From NCBI GenBank assembly GCA_012295275.1, contig CM022666.1, positions 6,944,001 through 7,008,000 of the forward strand: a DNA stretch of 64,000 nt, in the 5' to 3' direction. Shown piece after piece: positions 56,160 through 64,000 of the stretch. Below the pieces are notes generated by a model. That model had not been told where the DNA came from, did no database searches, and saw nothing but the letters and a program-made list of their open reading frames with translations. Both the position numbers and the translations under genes were made by a program. The stretch is from Chrysomallon squamiferum. Its lineage: Eukaryota > Animalia > Mollusca. Within the stretch, counting starts at the first letter, position 1. Each line of letters starts with the position of its first letter.

Positions 56160-56470
56160 ACAACAACTACAACTACTAGTACAACTACTATTACAACTAC
56201 TACAACTACTACTACGTCTCTTCCTCCTCCACCTCCTTTATGAGAAGTCAGTAACAGCTAATAACAACTACAACATCAACTACAACTACAACTACAACTA
56301 CCTCTACAACTACAACTACAACTACAACTACAACTACAACTACCACTACAACTACTACTACTACTACAACAACTACAACTACAACTACAACTACAACTAC
56401 AACTACTACTACTACAACAACTACAACTACAACTACTACTACTACTACTCCTCCTTCATAAAGAGTCAGC
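56160..56470. repeat. (ACTACA)n/(ACT)n microsatellite in two blocks, each followed by a CTCCT...AGTCAG flank
   Basis: Direct reading; explains the poly-Val ORF. Confidence 0.9.
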
Positions 56471-56519
56471 CAGTGAGTAACTGAAAAACACCAACACAGT
56501 ACAACTGTTTTTACTGATG

Positions 56520-57053
56520 AGAACACACACACGAGACCTAACCAGTGCCGCCGATGTTAACAACAGAGCTGCCGACCACGCAACAGCGGTCTCTAGCACA
56601 GGCTGGCTGCTTTCTCTGACAGTCTGGCACCAACAGTGTGAGAGAGAGAGAGGGAAGTGTATTTGTCTCCACTGCAGTTAGTTGTAGGGAAGATGTTTCT
56701 CTAGCAGATCTTTAAAACAAGTCAATAGTGTGTGCGCGTTATCGATGTGGTGCGAGACAGCCGTAGCATGCAGTTCTCTGCGACGATGTCAACGACAGTG
56801 ACGTTCGTGACAGTGTTAATTAAGGATGTTGCTAACGACCGAATGGATTATCTGATGAACGTGCAGGATTATCTAATTGCGGATTAACTGATTTAGTGTT
56901 GGATAACCCAACCGACTGTGGATTATTACTGTTTCGACTTCATTTTGGATTATCTGATTAATCGAGGATTCTGGGATTAATGTGTGGATTTTTTTGTTTG
57001 TATTAACAAGTTTTCTGGTTTATGAAAAGCAGAGTTTTTCATTCTGTCATCAG
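56520..57053 (+). promoter_or_regulatory. CpG-rich candidate promoter and non-coding first exon of gene 2
   Basis: Dense CpGs at 56530-56965; (GA)n at 56640; GGATTA cluster. Donor-like CAG|GTGAAT (GT 57054) is paired with an acceptor-like TTTTTTTAG at 57560, upstream of the 58375 ATG. Confidence 0.5.
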
Positions 57054-57386
57054 GTGAATTAAGGAGATGAATAATTAATAACGATAATTTTTGAGATTTA
57101 CATAAAAAGTAAATTTTTAAAAATATTATCTTTTGGATTTATTATTTATCAAAAAATAAATAAATAAATAAATAAATAAATAAGGGAAAACATGTTTTTT
57201 TTTTAATTAAATATAAATTAAAAAAAAATATTTTCATATTTGAAACTGACAATTTGGAGTAATTCTATTAACTTTCTTTTTTCGTGAATTTAAAAAAGAT
57301 AAATAAAATGTATTTTCCTCCATAATAAGAACATAATTCCTTCAGTCTATGAACAAAGGATTTAAAACTTTTCTCCTTCTACCAAA

Positions 57387-57420
<34 letters not shown>

Positions 57421-58374
57421 TATTTATGATTTCTGAACTGGTTTTCTGTAATTTACAAAAACAAAGGAATATGTGGATTGCTTTAAAAACATTTTTAGCA
57501 GGATTTTAAACACAAAATTCAGCAGCATTAACATACATACCTATATATATATTTTTTTAGCTGTCTATGAAAGTTTTGAAAAAAAGAAAGGATTAAGCTT
57601 TTCATAGACTATTTTCATTTCCAAGAGGATTAATCATAAATATGATGAACAGTTGTAGCTGACGTAAGAATTTTACAATTATTTGTTGAGAAAAAGAATC
57701 TTTTAAAAATCAGAATCAGAGTATCAGGAACGATTCCAATAATATTAATAATAATTAATTAAATAATTTAAAAATAATAATAATAATAAAATTAATCTTA
57801 AATATATCTAAGATTGATTTTATTAACGATATAAGATTTTGTTACTATCTCCTTTAAGTGTTTCTGTTCCTCAAAAACAGACTTATTTTTAAAATCTCCA
57901 TCACTTCAGAAAGGATTATCAAAAGATTTTATTATCAAAAAAACGTGAATATATTCTCAAAAATACAATGAATGATTTTTTTTAATCAACAAAAAAAAAC
58001 CTCAATTCATTTCATTACTTTTCAAAAAAAGAGTGAAGGATTTTTTTTTTTGATATTGTATCCAAAAAAACAAAAAGTCCAACTGAGAAAAGAAAAACAA
58101 GTTTATTTCAGTATCTCCAAAACTTCTGAAACAAGTGTAAAGGATGTTAGTGAAAAACAAAGATTATCAAGATATAATAATGCAACTACCTTCAGAAAAT
58201 TCACCAAATAACAGAAAATGACCACAACAAGACGACAAACGGGTTGTTTTAACAACGATCCTATGAAGAAGATACAATGAATATTTGAAAAGACCAATCC
58301 AATGTTTTGAAACCTCGAAAAAGGATTACCTAAAGATGACTGTATGAAGGCTACATCTTTAGTTCCAAGTCACT

Positions 58375-58660
58375 ATGAATGACAGCTATGTGGATAACAA
58401 TGTGTTTCTAGAATTTCCTTGGAACGAAACTTTCGGGAATACCTCCACCGTTGTCCCCAAGCCTGCCCTCCGATGGGGGGTGCTGGGCATCCTGTTCATC
58501 ATTTTTTTCTCGGCAATGGGGAACCTGCTGGTTTGTCTTGCTGTGTGCTGGGAAAGGAGACTTCAGAACATGACAAACTATTTTCTAATGTCACTGGCCA
58601 TAGCTGATCTCCTAGTGTCCCTCATTGTCATGCCAGTTGGCATGGTGGTTGAATTGTACG
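58375..58660 (+). CDS. HTR2: Second 5-HT2-type serotonin receptor (gene 2), coding exon 1; remainder outside the window
   Basis: ATG in ACTATG context with an upstream in-frame TAG at 58360. Sequons NDS, NET, NTS. GNLLVCLAVCWERRLQNMTNYFLMSLAIADLLVSLIVMP. Donor TACG|GTGAGT (GT 58661-58662), phase 1, at the same Gly codon as gene 1. Confidence 0.92.
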
Positions 58661-58694
58661 GTGAGTTGGTAGACAGTAATAAATTCTACATATT

Positions 58695-58955
58695 TTTACA
58701 TTTATTTATTTATTAACTTACTTATTATTATTATTATTATTATATGAAAAATTTTAAGACTCAAAGATTATGAATTTTAAAAAGAATTATTAATTTATTT
58801 ATTTGTTTATTTATTACTATTATTTGAAAAATTTTAAGACTGAAAGATTATGAATTTTAAAAAGAATTATTAATTTATTTATTTGTTTGTTTATTATTAT
58901 TATTTGAAAAATTTTAAGACTGAAAGATTATGAATTTTTAAAAATTATTTATTTC
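58695..58955. repeat. 80-bp tandem repeat, 3 copies, just inside gene 2 intron
   Basis: AAAATTTTAAGACT.AAAGATTATGAATTTT at 58748, 58828 and 58908. Confidence 0.9.
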
Positions 58956-59519
58956 TTCTTCTTATTATTTTTTTCTCAAATTTGTTTAGCTTTTCATCTA
59001 CAGAGACAGGCTTGCCAATATTACACTAATTTTCTATTTTTAATCTACACTTTAAAATATCCTAATCATTGTGGATGTCATTAAAGCTTCACATTTCAAA
59101 GATTGCCAATTTAATAATTAGCTCATTGCACTCAGTTTTATCTATCCTATTTTTCAACAACCATATGAGTAAAAAGAATGTTCTTGAAAAGATTATCAGA
59201 AGATTTTGTTATCAAGAAATGCACCTACCTTCAAGAAATTCACTGACTAATTATGAAAAAAAATTACAAAGATGATCTTTTGTAAAACAATCTGATTACA
59301 TCCAGTTTTATTTGTCCTGTTTGTTATGACTTTTTTTATCTGTTCATATCTCTCTCTGTATGTAATTTTTTTGAATGTCTTTCTTTTTTCATCATATCTG
59401 TCTCTCTTTGTCTATCTCTATCCATCTCATTCTGACTCATTCAGTCAGTCCCTTTTAATTTCTCATTCTTTCTTTTTCTCTCTCCATCACACCCACTCTC
59501 TCCATGTTTCATTTTCACA

Positions 59520-59591
<72 letters not shown>

Positions 59592-60430
59592 ACCTCCTAA
59601 TCCCTCTCTAATAATAACATTTAAAAAGTTAGTAAAACTGAAGATGTGAACTCTGTACACTGGAAGCTGCAAGTAAGTTACAGAAATGATGTAATCAGTA
59701 AACTGATTTCTTCAATGGGATTATTGTAGGAGTGATTTTAGTGCTAATGCAGTTTTCCCAGTTATCGCAAACTGACTTATTGACTAAATGCACCACTGAG
59801 TCAAAACTGTCTATTACTGAGAAAACTGTATATAGATAGTTTACAATGTCATACCAGTGAGCAATACAGAAATAATACATTTTCCAGTGTGTGTGAAGGT
59901 GTGTGTTTGTGTGGGTGTATCAGGGTGTGTAAGGGTGTATTAGTGTATGTTTTTTGTATGCATGAATGTATGTGTATGTACATATGTTTGTATTCTCTGT
60001 GTGTGTGTATTTCCTTGTGTGACATGGTCATGTGTTTATTTAATACATTTTGTTTATAATGATGGTGCAGAAAAACAATGTATGTTTGCATGTGTAGATG
60101 TGTGTGTGTGTGTGTGTGTGTGTGTATTTGTGTGTGTGTGTGTGTGTGTGTGTGTTTATTTATAAAGTGTGTTTATGTCTGTGATATGCCTGTATGAATG
60201 CTGTGTGTCTGTATTGTGACTGTGTTTGGAAACACATGGTGTGTTCTTACAGTTTGTAATACTGGCGTGAAATTAAAAATCTTTAAGTCACCTCAGTGAC
60301 AAATCACTTTCCAACAGATGATCAAACAAACCTGAGAAGAGTTGTACAACAGCAAAGTAATCACAGAACAAAACTAATAAAACACTGCATATCAATAGTA
60401 TGCTGTTTCTAATAAAACTCTCTCTCTCTC

Positions 60431-60512
<82 letters not shown>

Positions 60513-62050
60513 CCCTCCCTCCCCCTCCCTCCCTCCCCCTTCGTCTCAATCTGTCTTTCTCCTCCTCTCAACCCACACTGTTTAAAAACCCAGCGCCTCA
60601 CTAACAAAGTGCATTATGAACAAGTTGACAAGGTGATTTCATTTTCGGTACGTTTAATGGGAAAAACAGTCTCCCGATAAACTGATTATTTATCTGTCCA
60701 CTTCACGACCACGACTCCATTTTCACAAATCTGGCTTGCAACAATGTTTCTGAAAGCTTTGCAAAATTAGGAATAAGCTCACCAAAATTAACACTGGAAT
60801 GGTTCCATTATTTCAGGCCAATCAACAAGTCATCTAGCTTGTGCGACCTGTCCGAGATGTCAATAGTTTAGCAAACCAATTTGAACAAGGAATATTTCCA
60901 TCCATCCATCTGTAAAGCAACTGGACCAAAATTATTGCATTGGCCTGAAGTAAATGATGTCTTTGTTTGTAAATGTTACAAAAACATTCTAATTTATTAT
61001 TATTAATATTAGTAGTAGTAGTAATTCTGTAAATGGTTATTTATTAATTCATAATTTCTCAGATCTTAAGTTTGATAGTATTTAAAAAATAATAATAACG
61101 ATAAATAAGTGAAAGAAAATAAATTAAAATAAAAGAAAAAAGAAGATAGAAACTGGATACATTTTAACTATATAAATAAAACAGTTTTTAGTTCTATTTT
61201 ATCAGTGTTTCTGTGAAAGTAAGATAAATTTTCAGCAAAAAACTATAATTTATTGATTAATAAATTTCTGTCACGTTAGGCACAAGAATATTTAAAATAA
61301 AAAAAAAAAAAAAAAAAATGTCTGTATCTAAACTAAAATGGTTTCTTTCTTTAATTTTATCAGTATTTTTAGATACAGCTATTTTTAAAAAACAAAAAAC
61401 AAGATTATGTTTCAGTATTTTAACAAAAACTTATTTATTCTATAAGCTCTGTCCTTCTAGATACCAAGCTCTCCCCACTTTTCCATTTAAAAAAAATAAA
61501 TTTCCTCTTCATATGTAAAATATATTTTTTTTGAATTTTAACTATCTTCTGACATTTTTCAATTCATATAAAAGCCAGACTTTTTATTATGTATTCCAAT
61601 AATCAATGGAAAGGGATTTTTTGCTTGTTTGTTTGTTTATTCACTTTTCTTCCTAAACAAAATTATATTAATTTTAACTCTTTCTAAACAGTATTAATGT
61701 CACAGTGATTAGGAATAGTATCGTCTTTTCAAAACAAAAATTACAAAATAATTTATGCGAGAAAGGAAGAAAGCAAGAAATGGAAAGAAAGCAGATATTC
61801 AACATTGTCAGGATATTCTGTGCAAAATTAATAATTTCCTTCCTGACATTTCAGTATTTATTCTTTGTACTGTTTAAGAAAGAAAAATTAAAAAAACCCC
61901 AATAAAAACATTTAAAATATACTTCAGTTGTTATGACTGTAATTTCATCAAACCTTACTTCTTCTCATTTTGTTAAATAAATAGATAATAATAATTAAAA
62001 AAAAATTAAAAAAATAATTTTACTTATCATTTAATTTAAAAAAATTAATA

Positions 62051-62124
<74 letters not shown>

Positions 62125-62739
62125 AGTAATATTTAAGAAATTAATTCCAATGTTATATAAAAAAAAAAAAATTCTATAGTTACACAACTAACTTTATAGA
62201 CTGACAAATCAATCTTGCTAATTACAAAAAAATAAAAATTACAAAAAAAAAATAAAAAACCATATCTGGGGTTAAATGGCTGACTTTATAGACTGTTCAT
62301 ACTCGCTAATTCCCTGAAAACTGTTATCAGTGGAATGTTATCAGTGAACCTGAAGATGAGTGGAAGGGAGACTATTAAGAGGTGGGGGGGTCTAAGCTGC
62401 GTCTGCTTCACACAGCTAACTTTTAAACACTTCCCTCGACTCGTTTGCACCACTAACATCAGAGTTATCTTTCCCTGAACTCTCTCACTCGTAAACTAAA
62501 TGAAATGAAAAAAGAAACAGGATGAAAACAAATGCTGTGTTATGGTAACCTAAGTTAATTTCTTTCTATTTTTTTGTTTGCACCCAGCTGTTTTAATAGA
62601 CAGAAGGTGTAGGAATCAAATAAATATTATAAATAAAAATGAAGGGTGGAGATAAGCAAACTCTGGACAAAAAAACTTTCTGGGAGATAGATAAATAAAT
62701 ACATACATACATATGTACATACATACATAAATAAGCAAA

Positions 62740-62774
<35 letters not shown>

Positions 62775-63194
62775 ATACATACATACATAAACAAATAAAT
62801 AAAATAAAATTTTACAAAAATTAAAAAGTCAAAAAAACTTCAAGTTTAAAAACTTGACACCAGAAAGAAAATAGGTTATTAAATTAATAACGCAAGTTTC
62901 TGATTATTTGTCTTGGTCTGTCTGTCTACAATGTAATCTGTGTAATTTATTACATTCTTCACACACACACACATACACACATTCACTCTGCACAGGATAT
63001 TCACTAACACAAATGTACGGACATAATATGCAGACACAAATGAACATACACATGTCATTGCTCAAAACAGAGGGCTGGTTAGAACTGGAAATGTTGCAAA
63101 GATAACTAAAATACGAGTTTTTGTACAGAAATCACTGATCATTGACTGCCATGGACAACAGTCACAAAGGAACAAAATTAGTTCTAGGTTATTG

Positions 63195-64000
63195 TGTGAT
63201 ATGGTGTGAGTGGTGTGGTGTGGAGTCTGGTATGGTATGGTTAGATATGTGGTGTGTGGTGTGTGGTGGTGTGTGTGTGGTGTGGTGTGGTGTGGTGTGG
63301 TGTGGTGTGGAGTGTGGTGTGATGTGGTGTGAGTGGTGTAGTGTGGTGTGGTGTGGTGTGGTTGTGGTGTGTGGGGTGGTGTGGTATGGTGTGTGTGTGT
63401 GTGTGTGTGTGGTGGGGTGTGGGGGTGTGGTGTGTGTGTGTGGTGGTGGGTGTGGTGTGTGTGTGTGGTATGGTGTGGTGTGTGGTATGGTATGGTGTGT
63501 GTGTGGTGTGGTGTGGTGTGTGGTGTGGTGTGGTGTGGTGGTGTGTGTGTGATGTGTGTGGTGTGATATGGTGTGGTGTGTGGTGTGTGTGGTGATGTGT
63601 GATGTGTGAGGTGTGTGTGGTGGTGTGTGTGGTGTGGTGTGTGTGGTGTGGTGTGGTGTGGTGTGTGTGTGGTGTGGTGTGGTGTGGTCTGGTGTGGTGT
63701 GTGTGGTGTGGTGTGGTGTGGTGTGGTGTGTGTGTGGTGTGGTGTTGTGTGTGTGTGTGTGTGTGGTGTGGTGTTTGGTGTGTGTGTGATGGTGTGTGGT
63801 GTGGTGTTGGTATGTGGTGTTTGTGTGTGGTGTGGTGTGGTGGTGGTGGTGTGGTGTGATGTGGTGTGTGTGTGTGTGGGTGTGGTGGTGTGTGTGATGT
63901 GGTGTGTGTGTGGTGGTGTGGTGTGTGTGTGGTGTGTGGTGTGGTGTGGTGTGTGTGTGTGTGTGTGGTGTGGTGTGGTGTGGTGTGGTGTGTGGTGTGT
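63195..64000. repeat. (GGTGT)n/(GT)n low-complexity tract running off the window
   Basis: Direct reading; explains the C/V/W/G-rich ORFs. Confidence 0.95.

Larger units (their letters stand above)
58661..64000 (+). other. First coding intron of gene 2 (open-ended; no TM3 exon found in the window)
   Basis: GTGAGT donor; no WxFG/TM3-coding sequence recognised downstream to the window end. Confidence 0.75.

Overview
Very AT-rich, microsatellite-laden eukaryotic (animal) genomic DNA, probably a mollusc or other lophotrochozoan. That assignment is inferred from the receptor sequence and repeat landscape, not proven. The window holds one complete two-exon serotonin 5-HT2-type GPCR gene on the + strand: CDS join(4909..5224,16258..17561), 539 aa, with an 11,033-bp phase-1 intron. 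About 41 kb downstream on the same strand is the first coding exon (58375..58660) of a second, clearly divergent 5-HT2 paralog with an intron at the identical codon; the rest of that gene lies beyond the window. Between them I read a decayed, multi-exon gene for a secreted protein (signal peptide, N/S-rich 9-aa repeats, Cys-rich EMI/CROPT-like domain, FAS1-like domain; ~49.7-52.3 kb) that the ORF track misses. There is also a recursive-splice-site/cryptic-exon motif on the - strand at 48.0 kb, hinting at a long antisense transcript. CpG-rich promoter-like islands, a one-strand GGATTA cluster upstream of the second receptor and many old degenerate minisatellites fill out the window. Nearly all other ORFs in the track are artefacts of simple repeats. 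No rRNA, intact tRNA, CRISPR array or intact transposon ORF was seen.
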